A stretch of DNA of 64,000 nt from contig JBECUI020000031.1 in the NCBI GenBank assembly GCA_040954595.2, forward strand, positions 1 to 64,000, given 5' to 3'. The translations under genes and the position numbers were made by a program. Below are positions 19,549 to 32,505 of the stretch, piece by piece; the stretch's first letter is position 1, and the number at the start of each line of letters is the position of its first letter. The stretch is from Balanoglossus misakiensis (taxonomy: Eukaryota > Animalia > Hemichordata). Under the pieces are notes generated by a model, which ran no database searches, was not told where the DNA came from, and worked only from the letters and a program-made list of their open reading frames with translations.

Positions 19549-20781
19549 CTATCCCAGGAAGGGTACCAGGGAAAGCAGAATACCAGCAGCTACGGCAGAG
19601 CCAATGACTCCAGCCACGTTGGGACCCATGGCATGCATAATCAAGTAATTGTTGGGGTTCGCTTTTAACCCCACCTTGTTAACCACCCGGGCAGCCATGG
19701 GGACGGCAGAGACTCCCGCAGCCCCAATAAGGGGATTTATGGGCTTGGAAGAGAATTTGTTCATAAGCTTTGCCAATATCAGACCTGATATGGTACCGAC
19801 GGAAAAGGCAAAGAGACCCAAGGCCAGTATCCCCAAGGTTTCCAGATTGAGAAATTCCTTGGCAGACATCTTCGACCCCACCGCCAGACCTAGCATAATG
19901 GTGACAATATTGATCAAACTATTCTGCAGAGTGTTCGAAAGACGTTCGGTAACCCCGCATTCCCGCACAAGATTGCCAAACATGAGTGCACCAATAAGAG
20001 GAGTAGCACTAGGAAGAAGAAGGATGCAAAGCCCTAAAACGACCAGGGGGAAAATAATTTTTTCCAGTTTGGAGACATGGCGAAGCTGTTCCATCTTAAT
20101 CTGTCTTTCTTTTTCTGTGGTAAATAAACGCATGAGAGGAGGCTGAATAATAGGCACCAAAGCCATGTAGGAATAAGCCGCAACAGCCACAGCCCCCAAT
20201 AACCGTGGGGATAAGCGGCTGGCGGTGTAGATGGCCGTGGGACCGTCAGCTCCTCCGATAATACCGATACTCGCCGCCTCCGCAAGGCCAAAATCTATGC
20301 CAGGAAGGTACTTCCCCAAAAAGAGGGCACCGAAGAGGGCCAGGAAGATGCCAAACTGGGCTGCTGCTCCCAGGATCAGGGTTTTAGGGTTGGCCAGTAG
20401 GGGGCCAAAATCGGTCATAGCACCCACCCCCATAAAAATCAGCAGAGGGAAGAGACCACTGACCACACCAAAGTCGTAGAACTGCCCCACCAAGCCACCA
20501 AAACGTTCTACGAAAACATAACCATCGGCTCCCACAACGTTAAGAGTTTGGGAAGCAATTTCCGCAAAGGGAATGTTGGTAAGAATGGCACCAAAACCAA
20601 TGGGGACAAGGAGCAGAGGTTCAAAACCTTTTTTGATGGCCAGGTAGAGAAGCACCAGTCCCACCAGAATCATTACGATCTTGCCCCATTGCTCAATGCT
20701 CCAGATTTCCCCTCCCTGAGAGCTAAAACCGTAGAGACCTGTGGTATACCAAAGGTTTTTCAAAGCTTCCATAAATTTCAC
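19549..20781 (-). CDS. oadB: Na+-translocating oxaloacetate decarboxylase beta subunit
   Basis: [34 protein letters not shown]. Confidence 0.95.
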   Translation of the reverse strand: MKFMEALKNLWYTTGLYGFSSQGGEIWSIEQWGKIVMILVGLVLLYLAIKKGFEPLLLVPIGFGAILTNIPFAEIASQTLNVVGADGYVFVERFGGLVGQFYDFGVVSGLFPLLIFMGVGAMTDFGPLLANPKTLILGAAAQFGIFLALFGALFLGKYLPGIDFGLAEAASIGIIGGADGPTAIYTASRLSPRLLGAVAVAAYSYMALVPIIQPPLMRLFTTEKERQIKMEQLRHVSKLEKIIFPLVVLGLCILLLPSATPLIGALMFGNLVRECGVTERLSNTLQNSLINIVTIMLGLAVGSKMSAKEFLNLETLGILALGLFAFSVGTISGLILAKLMNKFSSKPINPLIGAAGVSAVPMAARVVNKVGLKANPNNYLIMHAMGPNVAGVIGSAVAAGILLSLVPFLG

Positions 20782-20790
20782 TGATGCCCC

Positions 20791-22578
20791 CTACCCAATT
20801 TCAATCAAGGGTTGACCGCTGCTGACCTGGTCGCCCTGAGACACGGTAATATTTTTTACAACACCGCCTTGTGTGGCGGAAATTGGAGTTTCCATCTTCA
20901 TAGCTTCCAAAACCATGACCTCCTGCCCCTCGTTAACACTGTCGCCCACGGCAACGGAAATACGCAGAACCAGTCCCGGCATCGGGGCATCGATGGTGCT
21001 GGAAGGACCGCTGGAGACGGTGGGCTGTGAGCCTTCCTTGGGAAGACCAGCCTTGATATCGAAGGTGTAGCTACGGCCATTAATCGATGCCTGAGAGCCA
21101 TTGATTTTTACCCCGTAGGAACGGCCGTTAAGGTTAACGGTGCAGCCATCATCGAGAGCTTCGGAGCTTTTTGCTTTCTTCCGAACGTTGGTCTTGGCCT
21201 CTCCCTTAAGGAAAAGGATGCCTTTTTCTTTACATGTGGCAGCAATAAAGATGTTTTCCTCACTAAGATCGGTAATTCCCGCATCAATGAGCATTTTTTT
21301 AGCCGCTTCCATTCCCAAATTGGGATTACGGTCATTCAGTTCAACCACCAATTCAGCGTTGGGTTCTAACTTCAGCTGTTCCTGGCAGATTTTCTTAATC
21401 TCGCTATCAGGTTCCACAGGGGTACGGCCAAAATAACCCAGAACCATTTTTCCATAGCCTTCAGCAATTTTTTTCCAAGGACCAAAGATAACGTTGTTGA
21501 ATGCCTGTTGGAAGTAGAATTGGCTTACTGGAGTTACAGAGGTAGCAAAACCGCCCTTGGTCACCACTTCTTTCATCCCCTTTACCATCTCTTCATATCT
21601 GTTCATAAGGTTGTTATCACGGAGCATCTGGGTATTGGCGGTGAGGGCTCCTCCAGGCATGGGAGAAAGGGGTATTAAGGGCTCTACTGCCTTGGCTTCA
21701 GGCGGCACGAAATAATCCTTCATACACTCTTTAAAGACTTCCTGGGCTTCGTAGATTTTGGAAGGCTCTATTCCCAACTCGTATTCGGTTCCTCTAAGGG
21801 CATGCCACAGAGTCATGATGTCAGGCTGGCAGGTTCCTCCGGAGACGGGAGCCATGGAACAGTCCACCTGATTAGCTCCGGCATCCAAGGCCGCCTTGTA
21901 CTGCAGTATGCATACACCGGCGGTTTCGTGGGAGTGGAACACTAAATGCTTGTCTTTTCCCAGAAGTTTCCGGGCCCGTTGAACAGACTCGTAAACCACC
22001 GCCGGGGTGGTGGTACCGCTGGCATCCTTAAAACAGACAGAATCAAAGGGAACCTCAGCATCGAGAATGTCTCTTAGGGTCTTTTCATAGAAATCAGGAT
22101 CGTGAGCACCAGTGAGTCCAGGAGGGAGGGCCATCAAGGTAACGCAGACCTCATGCTTGGCTCCGGCCGCCACAATAGCCTTTCCCGAATCGATGAGGTT
22201 ATTCACATCGTTAAGGGCATCAAAATTTCTAATGGTAGTAATGCCGTGTTTCTTAAACAGCTTGGCATGAAGTCTGATAATGTCCCTGGGTTGGGAACTC
22301 AAGCCTACAACATTGATTCCCCGCGCAAGAGTCTGAAGGTTGGCATCAGGTCCAGCGGTGGCCCGAAACCGGTCCATCATCTCAAAGGCATCTTCATTGC
22401 TGTAAAAGTAGAGCGACTGAAACCGCGCTCCTCCCCCAGCTTCAAAATGCTTAAGTCCTGCTACACTGGCAGCCTCGACAGCAGGAAGAAAATCGTCTGT
22501 GAATACTCTTGCTCCAAAGACAGATTGAAACCCATCCCGGAAAGCAGTAATCATGCTATCAATCTTTTTTTTACTCAT
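20791..22578 (-). CDS. oadA: Oxaloacetate decarboxylase alpha subunit (carboxyltransferase + biotinyl domain)
   Basis: FRDGFQS, HSHET, PGG, C-terminal EAMKME biotin site. Confidence 0.9.
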   Translation of the reverse strand: MSKKKIDSMITAFRDGFQSVFGARVFTDDFLPAVEAASVAGLKHFEAGGGARFQSLYFYSNEDAFEMMDRFRATAGPDANLQTLARGINVVGLSSQPRDIIRLHAKLFKKHGITTIRNFDALNDVNNLIDSGKAIVAAGAKHEVCVTLMALPPGLTGAHDPDFYEKTLRDILDAEVPFDSVCFKDASGTTTPAVVYESVQRARKLLGKDKHLVFHSHETAGVCILQYKAALDAGANQVDCSMAPVSGGTCQPDIMTLWHALRGTEYELGIEPSKIYEAQEVFKECMKDYFVPPEAKAVEPLIPLSPMPGGALTANTQMLRDNNLMNRYEEMVKGMKEVVTKGGFATSVTPVSQFYFQQAFNNVIFGPWKKIAEGYGKMVLGYFGRTPVEPDSEIKKICQEQLKLEPNAELVVELNDRNPNLGMEAAKKMLIDAGITDLSEENIFIAATCKEKGILFLKGEAKTNVRKKAKSSEALDDGCTVNLNGRSYGVKINGSQASINGRSYTFDIKAGLPKEGSQPTVSSGPSSTIDAPMPGLVLRISVAVGDSVNEGQEVMVLEAMKMETPISATQGGVVKNITVSQGDQVSSGQPLIEIG

Positions 22579-22803
22579 TTAATCGTTCCTTACCTTATTC
22601 TGTTGAGCATAGACTGCAGCAAGAATTACAGCGATTTCATCATCACTACCCCCAGCAGTTTTGGCTGATACAAGTTTCTCCTTTTCCGGAAAAAATTTAA
22701 GAACAACTTCCGACATAACGTGCATAAAAAGGACCAAGATAGCCAGGAAGGAAAAAACTACTCCCATTCCCACCAACATGATCGTCAATCCATCCCTTAT
22801 CAT
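22579..22803 (-). CDS. oadG: Oxaloacetate decarboxylase gamma subunit
   Basis: GMGVVFSFLAIL TM helix and EIAVILAAV tail; first gene of the oad operon. Confidence 0.9.
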   Translation of the reverse strand: MIRDGLTIMLVGMGVVFSFLAILVLFMHVMSEVVLKFFPEKEKLVSAKTAGGSDDEIAVILAAVYAQQNKVRND

Positions 22804-22940
22804 CTACACCTCCTGGATGTGTAGCTGTCCCCAAAGGAACAAACAATGAAACTATTGCGATTAAAGCCTATTTACTTTACTCAGTGCCATACTATTCCAC
22901 CCTAGCTATGAAGAACAAGACCTTTTAAAAATATATGAAT

Positions 22941-23564
22941 CTATATACGCCAATCCAAGGAAAAAGTAACCACCAGGCTTCGATAATCCAGACTTTGATA
23001 TTGAAACTTGGCAGGATTAGCTGCTGATACATAAAAGGAATAACCTGTATCCATAGCAAATTCCAATCCCCAGCTCGCCTTGTCAATCAAGGGAATCGAG
23101 ATTCCCACCTGCAGACCTCCATAGAGTCCCCCTCCAAGGCTGATATTAAGCTCCCAAAGATTCATAAGACCCTCTGAGGGTTTAAAAAATGTGTAACCCA
23201 CCCTCAGCAAACCATAGAGATGAAACCTTTCTCTTGAAAGAAAACGAATGCGCAAAGCCGCATAGATCGGGTAAAAAGCAAAGGCTTCCCCGGAGGCAAG
23301 GCTTCGATTAATTTGGTAATTGAAACCCAAGCCAACCTCGCCCCAGGAAGCAACGGCAAAATACAGGGTCATACCCGGGGTAAAGCCGTAACGAACCTGC
23401 TCCCCATTAAGCAGACTTATGGGTTCCATGGCCATCATGCTTCTGATCCGAAACTTCTGCGGTTCTGCCCACAAAGAGGCCGGCAGAAGAAGAATGACAA
23501 GAACTAAGCAAGTTCGACACCGTAAATAATGGCTTAGATCTGACAAGGAAGGTTTTACTAACAT
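22941..23564 (-). CDS. Hypothetical secreted, possible small outer-membrane beta-barrel protein
   Basis: Signal-like N-terminus, amphipathic strands, aromatic C-terminus (FSLDWRI). Confidence 0.55.
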   Translation of the reverse strand: MLVKPSLSDLSHYLRCRTCLVLVILLLPASLWAEPQKFRIRSMMAMEPISLLNGEQVRYGFTPGMTLYFAVASWGEVGLGFNYQINRSLASGEAFAFYPIYAALRIRFLSRERFHLYGLLRVGYTFFKPSEGLMNLWELNISLGGGLYGGLQVGISIPLIDKASWGLEFAMDTGYSFYVSAANPAKFQYQSLDYRSLVVTFSLDWRI

Positions 23565-23739
23565 ATTCTCAATATTGTAAACCTTAGCATGGCAAACCTC
23601 AAGGAATTTACAATGAAGGGATTGTTGTGTTTCTCAAACTTTTTTGGATTTATGGAATTTTTCGCTGGAAATACAAACTTGTCCTGAAAAAGGAGGAAGA
23701 TACATTGGTTTTACTCCAGGATTTTGCTATCTTAGTTCC

Positions 23740-24815
23740 ATGCTGGCCATAACGAAAGAAAAAATTCTAGAATCCTTGGCGACAGTGAAGGATCCTGAGC
23801 TTCACAAAGATCTGATTTCTTTGGGATTTATCGAGAACATAAGTATTCAGGGAGCCGATGTTTCTTTTACTGTTGTGCTCACCACCACTGCCTGTCCCTT
23901 AAAGGACAAAATCCGCAGCGACTGCGAAGCGGCCCTGCGGCGTGATCTTCCGGAGATCAAGACAATCCTTATTAATTGGGGGGCAAGGGTTCAAAAGGAT
24001 CAGAAACTCAAGGAGCGTCCAGATCTGCCTTTCAAGAACGTAATTGCCGTGGGGGCAGGTAAGGGGGGAGTGGGAAAGTCCACCGTATCGCTTAACCTAG
24101 CCCTGGCTCTGGCCCTGGAAGGTGCCTCTGTCGGCTTGCTGGATGCAGACATCTATGGACCCAACATTCCTATTTTCATGGGGATAGACACCCCCGAGCC
24201 CCATAAGGATCAGGACAACAAAGAGATGCTTATTCCCATCCATCAGTTTGGAATTGAAGTAATGAGCATGGGATTTCTCATTCCCACTCATCGGGCTCTG
24301 GTCTGGCGGGGCCCCATGCTCCACAAGGCCCTTGGCCAGCTTCTCACCCAGGTTTCCTGGAGCAATCTGGACTACCTGGTGGCGGATCTTCCCCCAGGTA
24401 CGGGAGACATCCAGTTAAGCCTGGCCCAGCAGATACCCATAACCGGAGCGGTGGTGGTGACAACTCCTCAGAAGGTTTCGGTAAGTGACACCCGCCGGGG
24501 AGTAGATGCCTTTATTCGTCTGAATGTTCCCATCCTGGGGATAGTCGAAAATATGGCAGGGCCGATTCTCGGGTTTGGTGGAGGAGAAGCCGCAGCCTCG
24601 GAGCTTTCTGTGCCCTTCCTGGGACGACTACCTCTCGATGCCGCTGTAGCCAAAGCAGGAGAAGAAGGCATCCCTTCATTCTTAAGGGGGATGCCCTAGC
24701 AGCAGTCAAGGCAATTAAAGAGATAGCAGGTCTGGTGGCCTCAGGAATCAGCGTAGCTCAGACACCTGAGAGACTTACCAAATCCCCTTCAATGCTAGAC
24801 GAATGGATAGCATGA
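23740..24815 (+). CDS. mrp: Mrp/ApbC (NBP35) Fe-S carrier ATPase; frameshift near 24690
   Basis: DPEL...TTACP, GKGGVGKST, DADIYGP, DLPPGTGD. The frame resumes after the G run to TGA 24815. Confidence 0.9.
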
Positions 24816-24969
24816 TGAATGATAGCATGGGGCATGTAGAGCACAATAGTTGCAGCTCACCGTCGCTTGCGAAAATTATAGCAATACACACACCCGAACT
24901 AAGCTGCATATCAGGGGAAGGCTTGGAGGAAGGAGGACAAGGATCAAGAGACCTGGACTAAATAGCTAA

Positions 24970-25292
24970 CTACTCAACACTCTCAATACGCACTAGACTA
25001 ACAGAACGTTTGCGTCCACCCACTTCTACCTGAACCTTGTCACGAAATATCGCAATAACTTCGGCCCTCATAATTCCGCTGTTACTTCCTCGTTGACTAA
25101 AGGTAATTCGGTTTCCTATGCAAATTTTATCGCGTAATTTCCTGGCATTCTCCAGTGTTTTGACCTGGCTGATTTTCCGTTCCATAGCCCTATACCTGAT
25201 GCCGCTTCATCACGAAATTGCTTCACATCTTCAATTGTCGTAAGTTTATTGAAAAAATCGTCAAATTTAGAAGTTCGTTTTTGTCCTGGCAT
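24970..25292 (-). CDS. Small hypothetical protein (helical N-term, SH3-like beta C-term); one frameshift
   Basis: AAGGAG RBS and ATG 25292 (MPGQKRTSKFDDFF...) join ORF 24970-25185 after one indel. Confidence 0.5.
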
Positions 25293-25811
25293 TATGAATC
25301 TCCTTGTTATTTTGATTTCATTTTAACTAGAGTATAATACAATCAGCTAGGTAAACTAGTCAACTAAAAAGCAAAAAATACCTAGGTTTTTACCGACGTT
25401 TATATTATTTGTAAAAGCTAAGATCCGTTTAAAGCAAAAAAAATATCCGATATAAAGGGATAATCACAGGAGGGGAAAAATGGAATTCTTTATTTCAGTC
25501 AAAAATTAAGGGATGAAATTTCTGTTTAAAAGCTTGGACCTATCTGAAAGAATGAGATTGTAGTAGTTTTTATGTTCTGACTTGAAGTAGTTTCACCTTT
25601 ACTTATCCCAGCATCTCATAATCGCAGGAAAATATGAAGATGTGAATAGTTCAGATAACGAAGAACTTTAAAAAGCTAAAAAATGCAATGTAATAAACAC
25701 TCTTGTTTTTTTCATTGTTTGTCAACCTTTATATTCTGGAAAAAGTTATTGCGAACCAGGGTCCAACTTCGCTTATCAAATACAGCATTGTTCTGCGTGA
25801 TCCAGTTCCCC

Positions 25812-28608
25812 TCACTCTGAATCTTCAGGGTAGAGCAGAACTTCTATGTAGCGATCATCAAGCAGATATCTTTGGGCCGTATCTCTGAGAAGCTCGGGAG
25901 TCAAAGAGTCATAAAGAGCATAGCGGTTCATCATTTCTTCAGGAAGTTTATTGGTAGTTACCGCAAAGGCCATCTGCCCCATCCACCAAACGTTTTGCAA
26001 AAGATTTCATCAAGGCTGCGCCGCTGAGCAGCAGCAACGTCCCTGGCGTATTTTTCATCCGAAATAGTGTACGAAATTCCTGAAGTTCCGCCTTTACTAT
26101 TCTGTTAATTCCTGAACACGCTGAGGAGCGCAGGAATAGCGAATAATTAATCGATAAATTCCCACCGGCATCTCTTCAAGTTGGATAAAAACGCCAATTG
26201 TATATGTTCCTGCAGATTCCTCTCGTACAGAACGGGTCAGTTTCATTTCCAAGGCCGAAGCCAGGGATTGAAGCCGGTAACGCTCCTTAAAACTAGCATC
26301 CCAGGTGCCTGTCCAACCTGACTGACCAGGCTCAGGGGTTCTTTCCCAAGCCTTCAAGGTAGCCTTTTTTACTCCTTGAGGACTCCTCATGCCCCGGTCC
26401 ACCCAGCCTTCTCCGGCCTCACCGGCAGGTAGGCCCCCAATCCACAGTTCCACCAGAGGTTTCAGAGTTTCAAGATCAATATCACCTACAAAGAAATAGC
26501 TGAAATCGGCGGCATTTCCGAATCGTTCGGAATAGAGAGCTAGCGACCGGTCAAGTTCTACCTGAGAGAGATCTTCCACCTTCATGGAACGGCTGCGGAA
26601 ATGTCCGTCAAAGAGAGTCTCCCAAAAAAGATCTCCGTAGAGGTTACGAGGATCGGAGATTCGGTTCTCCAAGTGAACCTCCATTCTGGCCAAAAAGGCT
26701 TCCCATGCCGCCGGGTCCCGGCGGGGAGCAGTCTGATGAAGATAGAGAAGCTGAAGCAGGGTCTCCAGATCTTCAGAAGCTATTTCCCCAGAGAATCCTT
26801 CATGGTGCCTTGAATAAAGGGATCAAGACTAACGTTCTTTCCTGCCAGGTTTTTCTGAAGATCGATGGCAGGAAAGTTCCCCAAACCCCTTCTGTTACAG
26901 CATCCACAGAGAAACGAGCGGAGAAGAAATCTCTGTCTTCCACCTGCGAAATCCCTCCAGGACTGTAGGCCGAAAAAGAATTTCATCCTTTCTAAAATCC
27001 GTGGGTTTTATGAATATCTCGGCACCGTTAGAGAGGGTCCAGGAATGAATCCCCGTACCAGGAATAATGGTTTCTGTGACTAGATGGCCCGTTCAGGAGG
27101 AGAGACCAGGGGACCTTGGATAATATCTTCCTTCCACGGGCTCAAGGAAATGGTCTCAATTTTTCCCAAAACGTCCTGGAGATCTTTTTCCCCTAATCCA
27201 GTAATGGCAGGAAGCGATGGCCCACTAACAATGACCACCCGATTTTCTTTACCCATCAAGCGGTCCCCTACATTCCTTACATCTTCCAGAGAAGTGTTAA
27301 GAATGAATTCCCGCAGATTTTGCCATTGCCAGTCAATGGAGGGATAGGGTTCCTGTCGTAGAAAGGCATCCTAAAAGGGGTTCGACAAATTTCTCACTCT
27401 CCTGGTCTTCTCTTTGTTTCCAGAGAATTTGAAAGGAACTGTGGAGGTCCTGTTTGGCCGCTCCAACTCCGATTCCAGAAAACCGTATTGAGTAATGCGT
27501 TCCGCTTCTGTAAGCAAGGCTTCCAGGCCAGGAAGCACATTTTCCTCGGTAAGCAAAGCACTCAATCCGCTCAGAGAAAGCTGCCCGGCATAGGGAAAAC
27601 TAAAGCTGTACCCCTGAAGAAAGGGGCTGCCTTTTTCACGGCTGAGTACTTTGAAACGCTGGTTCAACATCATGTGAAAAAGTTGTTCAAAAATCAGTTC
27701 TTGATAATCCTGGAGATTGGTTATCTTTGGTGTTTCGTATTTAACGTAGAGCTGTACGCTTGTCTGGGGAGCTTCGGGGTCGTGGGCTACTTTGAAGAGG
27801 GTTGCTTCGTGACCGGGTATCTGATAGCTATAGCGGGGACGGGTTTGGCAGGACCGGAATAAGGGGAGAATTGTTTTTTTATGAGTTGAACTATTTCTTC
27901 CGAATCAAAATCTCCAACAACAATAAGGGCCATAAGATCCGGACGGTACCAATCTTTATAATAGCGGCGAAGTGCTTCTACCGGAGCCTCCAAAATGGTT
28001 TGGGAATCTCCTATGGGCCGCCTCTCAGCATACCGCGAACCATGGAGGAGCACCGGAAACATCTGTTCTCTCAATCGGGCAGAGGCTCCCCGGCCAACAC
28101 GCCATTCCTCATAGACGACCCCTCGTTCGTTTTCGAAGTCTTCATCGGCCAGAGTGGCTTGAAAGGCCCACTCCTCCAAGACCTTCAAACCCAGGAGAAA
28201 GGCTTTTCTATCATCGGTTCTCACCGAAAGCTTATAAACGGTTTCATCAAAGGTCGTATAGGCATTGATGTCAGGACCAAATTCTATGCCAAAAGACTCC
28301 AAGACATCGATCAGTTCGTTCCCGGGAAATTCTCTGGTGCCATTAAAAAGCATATGCTCGGTAAAGTGAGCCAGACCGCGCTGATCCTCGTCTTCCAGAA
28401 TTGAACCGGCCTGCACCGCCAGACGAAGTTCCGCCATTCCCGGAGGCTTGTTGTGTTCTCTGACATAGTAACGTAGACCGTTGGGCAATGTCCCAACCAG
28501 AACTTCAGGATCCGAAGGGATGGGAGATTCGCTTATGGCCCTAGCGGAAACAAAGCCAATACAGACAAAAAAAAGCAATAAAGATATGCGGAACTTATCC
28601 ATTGGCAT
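25812..28608 (-). CDS. M16 zinc metallopeptidase (PqqL-like), split by multiple frameshifts
   Basis: LPNGLRYY, GLAHFTEHMLFNGT (HxxEH), ERGVVYEEWR, WYRPDLM. Continues in fragments to 25812. Confidence 0.88.
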
Positions 28609-28747
28609 AACAATTCCTCCATTTGATTCTGAGCTACATTACAGGCAATAAATTCTTGACTACTAAAATATTTTAATCAAAAAAACTATCAAGTCCAACC
28701 CTAAAGTTCTTTATTCTTAACTTTAAGGCAGATACGGATGGAAAGCC

Positions 28748-30349
28748 TTATGCAAAAACAGGATTAAAGGCCGTAGCCAACAGCTGCTTGGTGTAGGGAT
28801 GTTCCGGTTGGATAAAGATTCTTTCTGTTGGGCCAGACTCAACAATTTTTCCTTCTTTCATAATAACGACTTCATGACAGAGGTCTCGCACCACCGCCAT
28901 GTCGTGGCTGATAAAAAGGTAGCTGAGACGGTGTTTTTCCTGCAAGTCTTTAAGCAGCTGAATTATCTGAAACTGAACGGAACGGTCTAGTGAAGAAGTG
29001 GGCTCATCCAGAACAATCAACCGGGGCTTGAGAACCAGAACCCGGGCCAGGGCAATGCGCTGCCGCTGTCCTCCTGAAAACTGATGCGGATAACGGTCTC
29101 GGTGTTCCGGCAGAAGTCCAACTTCTTGCATGGCCTGAATAATAAGGTTTTCCCTATCGTTTTTCTCGCCAATGTAATGAAAATCCAAACCCTCCCCAAT
29201 AATCTTCTCCACCGACATTCGAGGACTCAGAGAGCCAAAGGGGTCTTGGAAAATTATCTGAAGCTCCCGACGGAAAGGCCGCATTTTTTTCTTGTCCAAT
29301 GTGCTTATAGGTATCCCGTCAAACCAGATATCCCCGACGCTTTTTACAAGGCAAAGGAGGGCCTTGCCCAAGGTGGTCTTTCCCGATCCGCTTTCTCCAA
29401 CAATTCCCTGAGTCTGCCCTTCATGAAGAGAAACACTAACCCCGTCAACAGCTTTGACATGGCCTATGGTTCGGCGAAACAAACCTTTTTGGATGGGAAA
29501 GTGAACCTTAATGTCTTTAAGTTCGGCAATAATCGGGCAGTTTTCCTTGCTCTGGGGTGATGCCTTTCCCGGTTCTGCTGCCAGGAGGGCCCGGGTATAG
29601 GGGTGGGAGGCATTGCTGAAAAGAACGGAAGTTTCCTGGGTTTCCAGAATAAGTCCATCGTGCATAACAGCAACCCTCTCGGCAAAACTACGCACTATGT
29701 TCAAGTCATGCGTTATATAAAGGATGGCCATTCCTGTTTCTGCCTGCAGTTCTTTGATCAGGGTCAGCACTGCGGCCTGGATGGTAACGTCCAAGGCCGT
29801 CGTGGGTTCGTCGGCAATGAGCAGCTTGGGGTTGTTGATCATGGCCATGGCAATCATTACCCTTTGGCGCTCCCCCCCAGAAAGCTGATGAGGATAGGCC
29901 CTAAGGCGCTTCTCCGCATCCCTGAGACCTACCCGCTCGAGCCAGTTTATAGAATTTCCCCTGGCCTGAGAGGGGGAGAGTCCCTGGTGAAGAAACAGGG
30001 ATTCGTTTAATTGTTTCTCAACGGGTATGCAGGGGATTGAGAGAAGTCATGGGTTCCTGAAAAATTATGCCAACCTTGTTTCCTCGAATAGCAAGAAGCT
30101 CTTTGTCTGTTGCTCCCAATATTTCCTGTCCGTCAAGGTGAATGCTGCCTCCGGTATAAGCAACAAGATTTTCTGGGTAAAGACGGAGTATAGACTGAGC
30201 CGTGACTGTTTTTCCCGACCCGCTTTCTCCTACCAGGCCAGGGTTTCTCCAGACTTCAGTTCAAGATCAACGCCATGGACTACTTCATTGATTGTATTAT
30301 CTCGGCGAAAGCCTATACGAAGATTGCTGATCCGAAGAAAGCTTTCCAT
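28748..30349 (-). CDS. yejF: Peptide ABC transporter double ATPase (YejF-like), frameshifted
   Basis: Two ABC cassettes: LIADEPTTALD, GESGSGKT, FSGGQRQR. Confidence 0.85.
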
Positions 30350-31373
30350 CAGGGTTTCCCTTCGGGGGTCAAAGGCGTCCCGAACAGCTTCGCCGATAAA
30401 AACCAGCAAGGTCAGAATAGAGGCCAGAACAACAAAGGCAGAAAAACCTAAACAGGGAGCATGGAGATTAGCCTTTCCCTGGGCCAAGAGAGAGCCCAGA
30501 GACGGAGAACCAGGAGGAAGCCCAAATCCCAAAAATCCAGGGAAGTCAAAACCGTTATGGAGCCCCCCAGGGTAAAGGGAAGAAAGGTCAGGGTGGCTAC
30601 CATAGCGTTGGGAAGAATATGCCGATAGATGATTAATTGGTCTTTCAAACCCATGGCCTGGGCCGATAAGACGTATTCAAAATTGCGGGTTCTTAAAAAT
30701 TCTGCCCGGACAACTCCCACAAAACTCATCCAGTTGAACAAGAGCAGAATGATCAGCAGCCACCAGAAATTGGGAACAATAATACTGGTAAGTATGATGA
30801 TAATAAAAAGTTGGGGCATGCTTCCCCAGACTTCAATGATGCGCTGTCCCACAATATCCAAGGCCCCCCCGTAGTAACCCATAAACGCCCCAACAGAAAT
30901 ACCAATAAGAGAAGAGATGACGGTAAGAGTCATCCCAAAAAGCACAGAAATACGGAATCCATAGATCAAACCCGCCAAGACGTCCCGGCCTTTATCGTCG
31001 GTTCCAACCCAATTCTCTCTGCTTGGGGGAGAGGGAGCAGGACTGGAAAGCTGATAATTTATTGTGCTGAAATGAAAGCGAATGGGCGGCCAGAGCATCC
31101 AACCCTTTTGTTCAATGAGTTCCGCCACGTAAGGGTCCCTGTATTCGGCAGTGGTTGGAAAATTCCCCCCAAATTTTGTCTCAGGATAATCCACAAATAT
31201 GGGGAAAAAACTTGCCCGTCGTAGTGCAGAATAAGAGGTTTGTCGTTGGCAATGAATTCCGCCATAAGGCTAAGAACAAAGAGAATTGTGAATATCCAAA
31301 AAGATACAAAACCCAGACGGTTTTTTCTAAATTTCCTCAAACGATCCCGGTTCAGGGAGCTCAAAAAAGCCAA
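30349..31373 (-). CDS. yejE: Peptide ABC transporter permease (YejE-like), frameshifted
   Basis: AEFIANDKP, YPETKFGG, GTDDKGRDV, IGEAVRDAFDPR. Confidence 0.85.
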
Positions 31374-31374
31374 A

Positions 31375-32489
31375 CTAGGTAAGCCTCTTGCTGAAGTCGA
31401 TTCGTGGATCCACCAGGGTGTAGGTAATGTCTGCTATCAGGCCCATTACCAATCCCAAAAGGGTGAACATGTACAGAGTACCAAACATAATGGGATAGTC
31501 TCTTTGCAAAACCGCTTCCACCCCCAAAAGGCCCAAGCCCTCCAGAGAAAAAATGGTTTCAATAATAACAGAAGAACCAAAGAACATGGCAATAAAAGCA
31601 CTGGGGAAACCGGCAATTATCAAGAGCATGGCATTGCGGAAGACATGGGCCACCAACACCCTTTTTTCCTCCAAACCCTTGGCCCTGGCGGTCATGACAT
31701 ATTGTTTGCCTAATTCATCCAGAAAAGAATTCTTCGTTAGAAGGGTAAGCGTGGCAAAACCCCCGATCATCATGGCCGTCAAGGGCAGAACCAGATGCCA
31801 GAAGTAGTCAAGAATCTTACCCATCAGGCTCAAGGTCTGCCAGTCGGTAGAGACCAGGCCCCTAAGGGGGAAAATCTTTAAAAAAGACCCGCCGGCAAAG
31901 AGAATAATAAGGAGAATAGCAAAAGGAAAGCAGGAACGGCGTTGCCGAAGATGACGGCAATGCTGGTCCACTTGTCAAAGGGGGTTCCTGCCTTAACGGC
32001 CTTTCGGATTCCCAGAGGAATGGAGATCAAATAAGTCAGGAGGGTAGTCCAGAGGGCCCAGAGAAATAGACACTGGAAACCGTTCAATAAGGAGATCCAC
32101 CACCGAGCGTCCTTTGAAAAGGCTGTCTCCAAAATCGAAAACCAGATATCTACGCAACATGGTAAAATAACGAACATGGAGAGGTTTATCAAAACCAAAT
32201 CGTTTTTCTATGTCTTCAATAACCTTGGGGCTCAGACCGCGGGAACCCCTGTAACGAGTGCCTAACCCGGCATCTTCCTCAGCACCGACAGTGCTTTGAC
32301 CACTCACTTCCTGCTGCCCTACCCCGGATATTCGTTCCATGACCATGTTGGACTGAATACCCTGCATTTGAGCAATTATCTGATCCACAGGGCCCCAGGG
32401 GCCACCTGCACAATGAAAAAATTCACTGTAATAATCGCCCAGAGAGTGGGGATTATTAGAAGTAAACGGCGAAGGAAGTAGGATCCCAT
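31375..32489 (-). CDS. yejB: Peptide ABC transporter permease (YejB-like), frameshifted
   Basis: [46 protein letters not shown]. Confidence 0.87.
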
Positions 32490-32505
32490 AGCTCACAAAG
32501 TCTCA

